From Takakia lepidozioides (lineage: Eukaryota > Plantae > Bryophyta), in assembly GCA_030704615.1 (NCBI GenBank), contig CM060733.1, positions 30,008,001-30,072,000 of the forward strand: DNA of 64,000 nucleotides, given 5' to 3'. Position 1 is the stretch's first letter. Every line of letters starts with the position of its first letter. Under the pieces are notes generated by a model. That model was not told the DNA's origin, made no database searches, and worked only from the letters and a program-made list of their open reading frames with translations. Of the stretch, positions 26,281 to 39,560 are shown one piece after another. The position numbers and the translations under genes are program-made.

Positions 26281-27043
26281 TGGGGTTGAGATCAATCCTC
26301 ACACAGATCCAGACACACAGACCTATATACAAACTATTCCACTGACAGAGAACAACAAAGAGGGACTCGAGAGAGAGAAAAACACTCTCTGCATTTCGCG
26401 GGCTTTCTCCAGAGCCATCTTGGATGAACTATATTATCATTCATAGACATTCTCTCATTCATCTATGTAACATCGACAACCATCCAGTGTTTCACATCCG
26501 CCGGTAACGATGTGCTACACAAACGTACATCTCCAACGGATGAGATCTATCAATTTCTTGGCAGCCAATCAAAAGGCTCTGGACAGAAATAGTTGAGGAT
26601 TTCGATGGATGAGATATGTATTCATCCAATTTGGGAAAACTGTTGGACAGTACTCATGGATGAAGCTTCATTCGTCCAAGCTTCGTCTTGTATGCATGGA
26701 ATTCTCATGCACGTAATATAGGGAGCCTTGTTCCCGTGGGTTGCCATCCTTTCACGCAGACTACGTCCCTTACGATCTACAGCAAAGCACACAGCAAATG
26801 AAAGGGTAGATTTGAGGAGTCTTCCCTCTTGAATCCACCATCTCCATACATACTTTGCCTCTCTCTACCTTCTTTCTTGTATGAATTCTTGCTTTCTCTT
26901 TGTCTCTCTCTTGTAGGTCTACATTGTTTTGGTGTGTTTGCAGGTGAGAGGACAGCGTAGCTTTCATCTCCGGGATCCCTCTCTTATCGAATCATCTCTG
27001 CCAACTTGGATCCTTGAAATGCTGTCGGTTGTGATTAACAGCA

Positions 27044-27790
27044 ATGTCGTCGACGGGGGAGATGTCAAAGGCAGCAAACAATGTGAGCAAGATAAATAAT
27101 ACTACTGCAAACTTGGATGCAGTCAGCAACAGTAAGAAGAATTTGAGCTATACAAACTTGCAGAGCAGAACCGTGCCAAAAACAGCAATGGATGGGACCA
27201 AGAGGAAGAAGAAGAACAGCAAGACGTACGCCCACCTCATCCACGACACCATCGTTGGTCTAAAAGCTCGCAAGGGTAGCAGTGCCAATGCAATTCGCAA
27301 AAACATTGAGAAAAACCACGGAGCGAGTCTGGGACCTAACTACAAGAAAGTGGTGGGTTCCACGTTGAAGAAGCTGACAGCCGATGGCAAGCTGCTACGA
27401 AATGGCCATACATTTCGACTCACACCGAGTTTTGCCAAAATGTTCACTCGTACTCCTCCCATTCCAACTGCTCGTAGGCATCATCGTAGGCATCGTAGGC
27501 GGCGAAGCCGCCGACGCCGTCAGCGAGTCAGGCGACATCGACGAAGGAGGAGAAGGAGATCAAGACGTCGGGGAAAGAAAAAAAGGAGGAGGATCAGGAG
27601 GAGGAGGAGGAGGAGGAGGAGGAGGAGCCACCACCGGAGACGACGTCGTGGCGGAGGTCCAAGAAGAAAATGGGTGGGAGATGGATCATCACCACGACGA
27701 AGGAGCATCCCCAACGACGATGCCGAATCCATGAGCGTGAGCATGAGCGGGAGTCGGGCTAGCAAACAATCAAGAACCACCTCCCCGTAA
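27044..27790 (+). CDS. Protamine-like sperm nuclear basic protein: histone H1/H5 winged-helix domain plus Arg-rich tail
   Basis: Intronless 248-aa ORF. The H15-type domain TYAHLIHDTIVGLKARKGSSANAIRKNIEKNH...LKKLTADGKLLRNGHTFRL is followed by about 60 residues that are mostly Arg (RRHHRRHRRRRSRRRR...). Confidence 0.9.
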   Translation: MSSTGEMSKAANNVSKINNTTANLDAVSNSKKNLSYTNLQSRTVPKTAMDGTKRKKKNSKTYAHLIHDTIVGLKARKGSSANAIRKNIEKNHGASLGPNYKKVVGSTLKKLTADGKLLRNGHTFRLTPSFAKMFTRTPPIPTARRHHRRHRRRRSRRRRQRVRRHRRRRRRRSRRRGKKKRRRIRRRRRRRRRRSHHRRRRRGGGPRRKWVGDGSSPRRRSIPNDDAESMSVSMSGSRASKQSRTTSP

Positions 27791-28186
27791 GAACATCCCT
27801 CGTGATCAGAACATATTGAAGAACTGTTTGTTATGCATGAATGATCGTTGCTTTGCAAATGTTGAAATTTGGGTTTGCTCACGGTTATTACAGCGACATT
27901 GAATCCTGATCTGCTAATACTGTTTCGCTGTTGTTGTTGTTGTTGTTGTTGTTTACTGAGAAGTGGATCGGATGAGAGTGAATGGTCCTCGTGAACAAGC
28001 ATGTGAAAGAAGCGAAATGAGCGAGGTGTGGACGGAAGAATGCCCAATAAGCCACCCACTGAACTGTGGTGTACTGGCATGATGTGTTACTAGTGTGGCC
28101 ATGGACTATTTTCATTCTCAAATTAAAAATTTCTTGGAATGAATTTCAGTGGTGTTTGAATGGTTCCAGAAGGGCAACTTACTGGA

Positions 28187-31100
28187 TTAATTTTCAATAT
28201 TTTTATGTGTGTTATAGTTAACAAACATGATAATTTTGGGTTTGCGACATTTCGAGATTTTATTGTTTTTTATGTTCATAAAAGAGGCAAACTCAGCTAA
28301 TGAGAATGATTCATAATGAGTAGCCCGGTTAATATATTTATCTACAATTGATGAACACATAATATCAGTTGAATCTGGTTCTAGTTGATTCAATGCGGCT
28401 TGTGGTTTTAACACAAAAACACGGTCTTCATAAGGAGAAGTGTTGATAAATTTAAAAGCTCGAGATGAATGATATAACGGTAAAGAAAGCACAAGATAAG
28501 CAGCAAGTTGAGCAGACATTTGTTGAGCATTAAGAAAAAACGTTGCCCAATTTTTGAATTCTTATATTTGCATCTGTTTCATCTGCGATGCATTTTTGTA
28601 TGATAGAATGTAATTCCGATGTTACTGACTTATCTATTTTTGTCATATATGACGTGCAGTATGTTGCAGCTGCATATGGATCCAATATAAATTGGATATC
28701 GGTGTTTGCAAACCACAAATGAGCAGCACGTATACCAAATGCATTGATTTTTATGTTTGCCGGAGTTCATTTTAAGAAAATGTGTGGTTTTGTTAATTCA
28801 CTTCTTAAGCTTAATATATACGTGTTTTCGTCGAGGTTTAAGTTTTTTAGAAATTCAGAAAATGTTATATCATCATTTGTTTTTAAATCTTTCAAAGATT
28901 GAAATATGTTTTTTGCTTGTGTTTGTAGATATTGTTTTGAAAATGGAGAATTATCATTCAATTCAAGTGGTTCTAGGATTTTTGTTTCGGGCATAGGAGG
29001 TAATGGATAGTGGAATTTGCAAACCACATGGTTTTTTTTCTTACATGTACGTGTATGTTGATGTTGTTGGGCATTTTGTAATGCATTTGGTAATAATGAT
29101 ACATCACAAGAAATATACATATCTACAAATTGTTCAATTTCTTTATTAGTGTGTGTTCCATATCTAGGCGCGTTTTTAATCCATAAAAGTCCATGGTCAT
29201 GTTCACTACCGCAATTTTGGAATTCTGTGACAAAGAAAAAATCAGAAACGGACCCAAAAAAAGTCTCATCTTTTGTCATAAGTTTACGAAATGAAGACAT
29301 TTTATGATTGTAATATCTTGCACATGTTATGGGGTCGGTTCGGATCAATTGTGCTATGTGTGCAAGATGAAATTTCTAAAATTAGATCTATTTTCAGCTA
29401 CAAAATGTCACATCCAGATATATAGGAAGTAGATGATTTAAAAAAACCTAGATCATCGCATACATCTAATATTTGGAATGACGACATGGATTGTGAGTCG
29501 AATAATTTACATGCTTCAATCCCCATTACATACACAATCAATATTGAACAATATGATTTACGATCCGATTTGGTAATTCAATCAACCACTGGATTAAATA
29601 ATAAAAAGCCGCAAACGTCGGAAGATGACATTTTCACAAAAACCGACTATTCCATGATGATGGACGAATATGAATATCATAGTTTAGTTAGACAATTAAA
29701 TGAAGAACAAAGACTAATCTTTGATGATATTCTGCATAGGAAAAAATTGCACCTTGATTCACCAATTTGCTTGTTTCTCACGGGGGGTGCTGGAACTGGT
29801 AAAACTTTTACATTGAAACTTATAATTCAAGGCTTATTGCGATTATACAACAAAGATATATCCTCAGACCTAACGAAAACCAAAGCTCTGCTCATGGCAT
29901 CCACAGGTAAAGTTGCATTCAATATTGATGGTTTGACTATATTAAACATACCTGTTCAACAATCATTATCAAATCTGCCAAACCTATCATCAGACTCATT
30001 AAATAGACTTACATGTCGATATGAACAATTACAACTTGTTGTGATAGATGAAATATCACTTGTTGGTGCTAGAATGTTAAATGTTATAGACAATCGACTA
30101 AGGTCCATAAAACATATACAAAATAAATTCTTTGGTAATCTTTGATATGATCATGACAGGCGATTTTTATCAAGCACCCCCCGTGAAAGATAGTTGGATT
30201 TTTTTAAACGTAAATGACAATGTTAACGCATTAGCACCAAATTTTTGGCAAACAAAGTTATGAGACAATCTGATATGCCTTGCATAGAAACTTTGAATAG
30301 ATTCCGTACATCAGTACAAACTATAGAAGATATACAATTCATAAATTCAATTTGTTATCGACAACCACCCAAAGATCTCACCATTCCATATTTGTTTTAT
30401 ACAAATATATTCGTACGAAAACACAATGAAACTGTGTTCGCTAATACATCAGGTCCTACATTTGTTTTCAAAGCAACGGACATTCATCACTCATCATGTC
30501 CGCCATCTTACAAACTTCCAAACGATCCGAGCAAAACCGCAGGTTTGCATTCTGCAATTCATATAAAAAAAATATGTTAGTAGAATTATGTGCTGGAAAT
30601 TACACAACATCTGATGGTCTTGTGAATGGAGCTGACGGCATATTTAAAGCATCAACAACATATTGTCTAAGATTAGAATACTAACAAGAGAAAAATTTAA
30701 TTATTTATTCACTAACAACATTGAATCTCAATGGACACCAATAGAACCTATTATCAAAGATGTAAGAGTCGGTAAAACGCAATCACATACCATAACAAGA
30801 ATACAATTTCCAATTCAACTTGCAGCAGCAAGAACAATCCATCGCTCGCAAGGATTGTCACTGGATGAACTAGTCTTTGATCCTACCAATGTCAAAAAAC
30901 ATGGTCTAACATATACAGCTTTGTCTCGCATTCGAACAAAAGAAAAACTATTTTTGTTGGCTCCTCTCCAACATGAAAACTTCTATGTGGATCCAAGGGT
31001 ACATACCGAAATGAAAAGATTAAAAACAACTGCAACTTGGAAACCATATATTCCTCAATTGAAAACTTTGCATCATTCTTATATAATTATACAAGCCTTA

Positions 31101-31778
31101 AATACAACTTCTTTACGACAACATTATGAAGATATTAACCATGATCATAACCTCCAAATGTCTCACATCTTATGTCTTATGGAAGCAAGAATCCACCACT
31201 CCTCAACCGATGTGCACAAATTCATAGATTCATCCAAGTATTCATATGTTTCAATCCATGACGGTCATGGGTTAATGATGATGTATGATATACATATGAA
31301 CTTAAACCTTTTCAATACAACAACCAGTAATGGCTCAGAATTCATAGCAGCCACATTCAATACCAATACACGAAAAGCAATACATATTGTATGTGTTTAT
31401 AAAGCTCATTCGTGCACAGTTTCTACGTTCCTAAACAAACTTGAAACTCTAATACAAAATTCGCCCAAATATTGTCCAATTATCATTTTGGGGGATTTTA
31501 ATGTTGACATTTTAGAAGACAATAACCATGCAAAAAACAAACAACAACTGTTGGATTTCATGGATAAATTCAAATTAAAGTCGCAATTTAGTGGAAGCAC
31601 CACAAAAGTTGGATCTCAACTAGACCACATATGGGCAAATGTCCCTGGAAATGAATGTGAATCTGGTGTGACAAAAGCATATTGGCCAGATTTCCACAAA
31701 CCAATTTATATTGCATTCAAATTACCAAACACACTTCCAATATATAGCAATGAACCATTAACATCTTTATTTACCTAG
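28187..31778. mobile_element. Degenerate Helitron (Helentron-like): Rep on the - strand, PIF1 helicase plus AP-like endonuclease on the + strand
   Basis: Rep motifs DPITCARY, EFQNCGSEHDHGLLW, DIQFILDPYAAATYCTSYMTK and SAQLAAY (29348-28187). Helicase motifs GGAGTGKT, IDEISLV, GDFYQAPPV, FPIQLAAARTIHRSQGLSL and YTALSR. EEP motifs IILGDFN and LDHIW. Several frameshifts; AT-rich. Confidence 0.92.
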
Positions 31779-32560
31779 ACACGATCAATCTTAACGATGA
31801 CGATTACTCTTTCTCTTTGTAGGATTTCACGCACTCTTTTTTGGTCAGATTTCACATAAGACACAATTTTAGGACAGAACCTCTCGTGGCGGAGCTACTT
31901 GTTTCATTTGTCTCTCCCTCAAACTGTTGTAACTCCTCTTCCTTAGAGGTGATAGCTCTATATTTTAGGCTAAACGCCTCTGATATTATGTGGTCGTAGA
32001 TAGGCCTAGGTAAATGGCTCTCAGCTAATGTTCTTACTCATCCAGCAGGGTCTCCATGCGATCAGCCTTGTGGCACTCTAAGGGTTTTAATTTTTTTCCC
32101 TTCAATAATTCCAAATAAATCTTCCAGGGCCAGACCCCTGTTTAAAAAGAAAAAGAAAAAATATTGCAATGTTTTTTTTTCCTTGCCTTTTTAATCTAGG
32201 TATATGATTAAGTTCAGGGGAAGTATTACTAAGTTCAGTTCAGTCCCTTCCTCCAAGAAAAAAGAAAAAGAAAAACACTTAAAAAAACAAAAACAAAAGG
32301 GAGCACTGTGTGTGTGTGTGTGTCTCTCTCTCTCTCTCTCGCACATGCGGGGAGCAAGGGGCCCACGTTGTGTTTGTCGCTATCAATGCCGCTCGCTCTC
32401 TGAAGCATTGTCTTGGAAGGAATGTGAATGTGGTGAGAAGCGGGGACGGGGCCGTGGTCCATGTGTGCGTGCTGGCTCCACTCAGGCAATCTGGCGTGGG
32501 TCGGTACAATCTCTGAGAGGTGGCTGACACACAGGTCTGGGGTGGGTTGGAGCTGACAAG

Positions 32561-34528
32561 ATGGAGAGAGGGGGCTCTCCAGACAAGAAGCTGAGGCTGA
32601 AATCGAAGATATGGAGTACCCTGCCACTGGAGGTTGGGGAGAGCGTGCTGCCGTGGCTATCACATTCGGATATTGCTCGGGTTCGATGCGTGTGTAAGAG
32701 ATGGCGTGAAGTTTTGACTCCCCCTTCGTTGCTCCGTAACTCGCTCTATCTGGAGGCTGTGCTGGGTTCTAGGTCACCCACCTGCCATTACTTCGAAGTC
32801 TTTCAAATTGGGCAAGACGATTGGGCAGCCGCTTCTCATGATGCAGTCACTGACAAATGGAGGGAAGTTCCAGTGCATAACATCAAGTCTGAGATGGCCT
32901 GGATTTATGACACTTGCGGCCCTTTTGTTTGTTGTGTGAGTGAGCGCGGGGTGCATAATAGACGTAATGGGCCCATTACAAACGTGTCGATTTGTAATCC
33001 CTTCACACAATTCTGGAAGGACCTACCGCCATTGCCGTCCAATATGATCTACTCCTCCTTCAAAATCGTGGTGGACGACCTGGCTACCAGTGCGTACAAG
33101 GTAATAACTTCCGACCTATTTATTTTCTCTAGCATTTTGATGTCAAGTTTGACTGCATTTGTTCAGCGGGAAGCAAGGTTTGGACTATGATAGATGTAAC
33201 TTCTTGAATGTTTTCCTGCACTTCATGAAAGACTAGCTGTACTCAATTTCCCTCACAATTACGTCTTGATAGCACAACACAAGAGAGCTTTTTTCCTGCA
33301 CGACGACCTTGTGCATCATGTACGGAAAGCTGCGCGCACGTTCTCATAACCGAGGGCTTATGGTAGGGACGAGGAATCCCTTTAAAAACACCACTGGCGA
33401 CACAGTTGGATCTTGTCTGAGCTAGTGCACGTGAAGAAATGATACTTCCAAGAGATACCGAGAGACAGACAGAACGATCTACAAACAGGATTAGGTCACA
33501 GCTTTTGGCTTCATGTTTCGATGTGGCATGTTCTGCGTTCACTTTGGGTGTCATAAAGGAGACATCCTATCATCCTGTCTCTCTCTTTGAAAGAGAGAGC
33601 GAGAAAAATCCAGCTTTGGGTCCAGTCTTGTCTTTTCCATTTTAGGGCTTGGATCTGGAGGTAGCATGTGTTTGACGTTGAAGGCCGGGCTACATCCTGG
33701 CGCTGCCTGCCGTAAGCTTTAGTTTTTGCAAGTGCCCGTTTTGGGCCTCTGGAAGGCTTCTGGCCGCTTCTGTTGCAGTTGTGGGTTCTGCCTTTTGTGT
33801 AAATTCTTGTGCAACTGCCCTGATGAGTGTGCCCGACACTTTTTTGTACAATTTTGTGGCAGGTTATAACTGCTGGGTGGAATTACTGGGGGAGATTGCC
33901 AAGGGACACCCAAATTTACAGCTCAATCACAGGTTGCTGGAAGAAGACAAGCAGCAACCCCACCTCTATCTGTTCCACGGGGGATTGGCTGCACCCTTGC
34001 AATGGAGTCATTTACACCACTCATTTTACAGCATCTCGTGGCCATTTTGCTGTTGATGCATTCATCATAGCAGAAGAACTGTGGATCAAAGTCCGTGCTC
34101 GGTTGCCAGAACTTTTCCAAGCTGGAGCTGGAGCACAACTGTTGGTGTGTGAACCAGGCCGTCTTCTGTTGGTTGGGGGGGTGGGGACTACTCTCCGACC
34201 CCACTCACTTGAATGCATGAAGGTGTGGGAGTTTGAGAAGAAACTGTGCGGCCGTTTGGAGGGAGGCTGGGTGGAAATAGCAGAAGTGCCCTCAAGAATG
34301 TTTGAGGAGTTTCTTCGCCGCCCTTCTTGCTTTTATGGTTTTAAGTTTGTTGGGGTTGGGACTTTTGTCTACATCGTTTGTGTGGCCCATGGGCGACTGT
34401 TGGTGTATGACTTGGTACAGCAGTCATGGCAAGAAATGAACGAGGTGTGTCCTTACGATCTTCATGATGCCGTGGGACGCGGGCTCTCCTTCTATCCTAG
34501 TTATCTAGGTGAGGAGGATGTAAGATAA
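32561..34528 (+). CDS. F-box protein with kelch-like/beta-propeller C-terminus
   Basis: Exons 32561-33100 and 33863-34528. F-box WSTLPLEV..VLPWL...RVRCVCKRW, plus ICNPFTQFWKDLPPLP and LLVYDLVQQSW. Confidence 0.88.
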
Positions 34529-34884
34529 ATCCTGGGCATCCCTCAGGCTTGCTGAAGCTAACTCAGTTCATCTCACCGGTGCAAGTACATATCTCTTCTC
34601 TGTATCAAAATGGAAGAGAGGTACCTACATGCTCTGTTTTTTGTTTTTATGTCTCAAGGAAAAATCAATGTAGATAATTGTCACACTGTTTGCTTTCTCA
34701 GTGGGCTAGTCTTAGGCAAATTGAAATACACAATTATTCTTTTGGCTGTGGCACAGTCAATCCTGACATGCTCATCAATGTTGTATTTGGGAAGTAATTC
34801 AAAACCATCGTTTCATCCTACAATTGGCTTGCTTTCTCACTAGGTCAATTAAGATGTGGCCATGGATGATCCTCTCTCTCTTCT

Positions 34885-35002
34885 AGGTGAGTCCCACGAC
34901 TGGAGTGAGCCCCTCACAGAGGTAGTGTCTGTTCCCTCTTTTTCCGCCCAAACTGGGCACGGGGTCTATGGCCACAAGGTCACAGCAAACATCTCAGGAG
35001 TG

Positions 35003-35039
<37 letters not shown>

Positions 35040-35410
35040 GGGCAGCCTGAAGACTATTCATTTTCTGAGACATTGTCCGGGATATTCTGACCCTCTTCAG
35101 GACCATCAAGAACATTGTCCCGGCACCTCTAACTTTCAAAAGCTTGAAGCTGAGCCTAAAGCCCTGGCCCTGTTGGGGTCTAATTGCTGGGCAGCTCACA
35201 CACAGCAAGTCGATGTGTGTGTGAAGGGCTTTCTAGGGGATTTATCTGGAAAACCAATTGTCTCTGTTAAGATATGGGAGTGAGCCCCTCACAACGCTCT
35301 GTTCCCTTTTGTTCTGCCCAATCTGGGATCCATGGCCACAAGGCTACAGCAAATAGTGCCTATTATGCTTCCATCCAACCTTGACACGGTTTCTATGGCC
35401 ACAAGACAAA
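34885..35410 (+). repeat. Dispersed repeat family copy with internal (CT)n and repeated tggccacaag modules
   Basis: Three atggccacaag modules (about 34968, 35332, 35395). Homologous to 21255-21500 and 63865-63930. Confidence 0.7.
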
Positions 35411-37426
35411 GATTCATTCACTCACTGGTTTCTTTGCCTCACAGTCTGCATGAGGTTTGCATAATCTTTTGATGAATATTCGTTTTTGGGCTCCTTGTCG
35501 TTGCTTTCTTTCTGTATCCTGCTTTTCTTTTGTCCCATAAGGTCTGAGCTTCCCTTGGACGATATAAGGTTTCTTTCTTTCTTTCTTTTTTCTTTCTGTC
35601 AGGCCATATGTTTAAAGAGAAACAGCCCAAGTTGGTGGAAGATCCAGTAACTGAGGATAAATGTAACCATATCAAACACCTGAAAAATGAGGGAAGACTA
35701 GAGAACAAGTCAGTGAACATCACCCAGTTCCACCACCACCAGCTTTCATAGAGCCCAGGAAAACACTGTTATTTGTTTATGCCACTTGTTGTCCATGGGA
35801 GTCCGACATTGTCCACCAAGCCTCTTGTTTCTCCGTCACTCCTCCTTTGGAATGTCTAACTTAGAAACCTACAATTATAGTAGTAACTAGTAACCCATAC
35901 TTCAGTTCTAGTCGACTAGGACTGCACACTGCAAGACTTCCAGGAATTGCAAAAACAAGCAAACTTTTCCTTTTTCCCGAGAATGGCCTCTAGGTGGACC
36001 CTATAAAGATCCAAACCTGCATGGCCCACACAAAGGATTCAAGAACGATCCTTCAGTTGCACCATCCAGCCTCAAGAACCTGAGGGGTGCACACACATTT
36101 CTGATCCTATTGTACCACACACTTCAGTTCAATACAAATATGCCCACTTGTTACATCTCAGATTGCCCTCATCGATGAGACCTCGGCACCACATCTCCTC
36201 GCTAACTGATCTCGGGTGCAAATCTCCAAACCAAATATAGCGGTTTTGGCCGGAAGTGGAGGAACGTGCTACCAACCAAGTGCCTTGTAACTTAGGTGGG
36301 AAGGAAACTGGAACGCGGAGACGAATGGTGGTAGTAATGCGGACACCACGTCCTTCGGGCCAGGCCTCCAAATAGAAGGTTCAAGATGCAAAGTCGACAA
36401 TTTGGACTGTGCAAGATGCGATCGGCATTGGCCTGGCATTATTGTGATACTGTTGGATTCCCGGGGATGGCAAAGGAACGAGGACGCTGCTAGGTTCCTC
36501 CTTTGTCTTCCTCGCTCCAATTTCTCTCTTATTAGCCTTCAGATTTTGGGTCTTTATTCTTCTCTCTGGTGACCTGCGTAGGTCTTCTTGGGGCTCAATT
36601 GATTCCCAAGCTCTTGACGCCAAGGAGAATCGGTGTGCCTTTTAGTCTGTTGAGGCGTTCTGCTCTCGGCTGAGTGCAGCTCCAGGTATTGCCTAGTGTG
36701 GGTTTTCTCTCTTATTTACACTCTGAGTCTGCTAGAGTTCGGCGACGGTGGATAGTAATCACAGGGATGCATCGGTTGCACAACGGACTGCAATCAACTG
36801 CTTATCCTCCAAAGCCAAGGGAAGGTTCAGATTGGTGGGTTGCGTCAGAGTATTTGTAGTTTGGATATAATCAATGAATGCACCATCTCGAGATATAAGA
36901 CCCCACGAGGTCCAATTCATGAGCGCTTGCGGGAGTCCTCGATTGTTGATGGGTTTTTTTACCCCTCACAGTCTTGTAGCTGCACAATTTTGGCGTGCAT
37001 ATCCTTTGCATCTATACATCCTTCAGTATTTTGGCAGGCCTCCGTGGGTTTTCCACCAATGGAGGTGTAATGCGTCGGTAGTCTTTAGCTTTTGTGCACA
37101 ATCAACAAATTCTTTTGGCGTGGGTAGGCATGGAGCGAGAGCTTGCCAGTGCTGATTTCTGGCTGTAATTAGAGGTTGAGTTTTTCAAGACCTTTTCAAC
37201 GTTGAACTGGGGTAAGGTCGCTCCGTCTGCTATTCGGAAAATTGGTGTGTGCACGCGATGCGGTTGCTTTCTGCTGATGCTAATTTCCAGGCAGTCCAGC
37301 AGATCTACCCGACCTTATTAGGTCAGCTGGTAAAACGCAATATACACAGTATGAAGCGTCTAATTGCATTGGTTGTCTGCTGATGTCATCTTTACGACAT
37401 TGCAGCTGTGATTTTGTCTGAAAGGA

Positions 37427-39560
37427 ATGGCTGCGGATAACAGAGAGGTTACAAGCATGTCAATGAGAAAGAGTGTGAGCAAAGGCCTTGAGGAGCCTTC
37501 TTCACCTGCTGAGGAAGAAGCCAAGGTGGGTCAGCGGGTCAGCTTCAATCAATTTGGGGAACATGAATGTCGGAGGTAGTCAATTTACAGGCATGTATAA
37601 GTAATGTAATTGTGGATCTTCTCTTTCCAAATGCTAGGCTTAAGCTTTGTTGAGGTGCCCACATGGTGGAGACTACAGCTGTAGTTGTACAGGCACTGTG
37701 TTGTGCAATTTGCAATCCGAGGTCAGACAGGGCAAATCCCTTGAATTAGGGATCAACCACTCAGTGCATGCTGGGCTTGTAGGTGGATGAGCTGCGGGCA
37801 GCAGTGGAGCCTCTCACTGGGCGCGCATTAAAATTTGCATCAGATGCCTGCCTCAGGCGATATCTGCGCGCACGGAACTGGAATCTCAAGAAATCAGAAA
37901 AGATGTTGAGAGACACACTTGCATGGAGAGCATCTTATAAACCTGAAGAAATTCGCTGGGTCAGTTATCACAAGTTCCTCTGCATCTTATGTGGAAGAAG
38001 AGCTAGCTGCCTTTGCCTTCATCTACGCTTTTCATTTGTTTGAGGGGTGGGATGATACATCCTTAAGAAAGTATTTTCCATAATAGAGTGAAGGAGGAGC
38101 CTAGACATGGATAGAGGGGGAGATTGACAGACATGAGAGAGATGTAAGCTGAGAGATAGTGAAAAGGTAAGGCAACACTAGTAGAGAGAGACAAAGAAAC
38201 CAGTCCCAGACTTGGAACTTTGCTGGCTCAATGGGTTGCAGGAGGAGGTAGCGAAAGAGTCAGAGACAGGAAAAGTGCACAGAGTGAACTACTTGGACAA
38301 ACAGGGTCACACTGTTCTGGTGATGCACCCAGGAAGGCAGGTAAGCACTTGTTCCAATTTTCACCATGTTGTATGAATTGATCTGACCGTCAGGCCCACT
38401 TAGGACAGTGAACAACACCCTCAGTATCAAATGCAGTAGTCTCTGTAAGTAGTACTGCATGCAACCGGATGGGATTCACTGCATTGTTCATCAACCATGA
38501 TTGAATAGAGGTGGATGCAAGAGTGACCAACTGTTTAGGGCACTAAAACCCGCACTGCAGATGTCAAGTTTACAACTTCATGTTAAAGTGAACCTTGAAC
38601 AAAGAAGCCACAGAGCTCCTAGAAAGGAGGTGAATAAACTCTGCTTCTTCTACAACCCTTAGGGTGGGACTGACGTAGTTATTTCTGTTTCTACAGAACA
38701 CAACAAGTCAAGATGGGCAAATGAGACAACTGGTTTACTGTCTAGAGAATGCTATTTTGAATCAGGTAGGCCAGGAGGAAATGCTGTGGTTTATTGATTT
38801 CAAGGGCTGGACCCTGAGAAACTCGGTTCCTGTCAAGACAGCACGAGAAACTGCCAACATTTTGCAGAACCACTACCCGGAGCGATTAAGTGCTGTCATC
38901 CTGTACAACCCTCCCCGCGTGTTTGAAGCATTGTGGGTGGTAAGTGTCATGGATGCTGTTAAACATTCTGGTCCTTAGGCTATTTTGAGCTCTTTAGTCG
39001 CCTGTGAGTAGAGTCAGTGGTGTGCTACAAACCTGGATTTCATAGGGGTGGTGATGGTGGAGATGAGGAGAATGGGCTATGAGCGTAAGCAGAATAGAGG
39101 CCACCATCATTGCTGCTGGTAAAGAGCTCACTGATCAGTTCTCGTCTTTGGCATTTTTCAGGCTCAGGGTGATAGGGAGATAGATGCATGTATGGCGTGT
39201 TTTGCTTTTACTTCTATCTATTAATTCATGAATATTGGACTGTAGATCGTGAGGCCATTTCTCGATCCGAAGACCGTCCTCAAGGTGAAATTCGTGTACA
39301 GTAAACTTCCCGAGTCGATGAAGCTCTTGCATGAGCTTTTTGATATGGATAAACTGAAAACTGCATTTGACGACCCCACTGATTATAACCATGAAGATTA
39401 TGCAAAATTAATGCAGCAGGATGATGTGAGATCTGCAAATTATTGGAAGCTTGGAGGTGAAGAAGTTAACAAATTGAATCTTGTAGAGAACTCCGCCGTG
39501 AAACCTGAGCTTGAGCCTCCAGCAGCTTGTGATAATGAGATGGCAGCTGCAACTGCATGA
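37427..39560 (+). CDS. SEC14/CRAL-TRIO lipid-transfer protein (RSC5-like)
   Basis: Exons 37427-37525, 37783-37959, 38242-38340, 38697-38939 and 39246-39560. Motifs LRRYLRARNW, IDFKGW, LQNHYPERL and PFLDPKT. Confidence 0.92.

Noticed and set aside
27384-28121. Poly-Gly, poly-Leu, poly-Gln and poly-Asn ORFs
   Set aside because: They are alternative-frame or antisense readings of the (AGG)n and (TTG)n microsatellites of the protamine-like gene.
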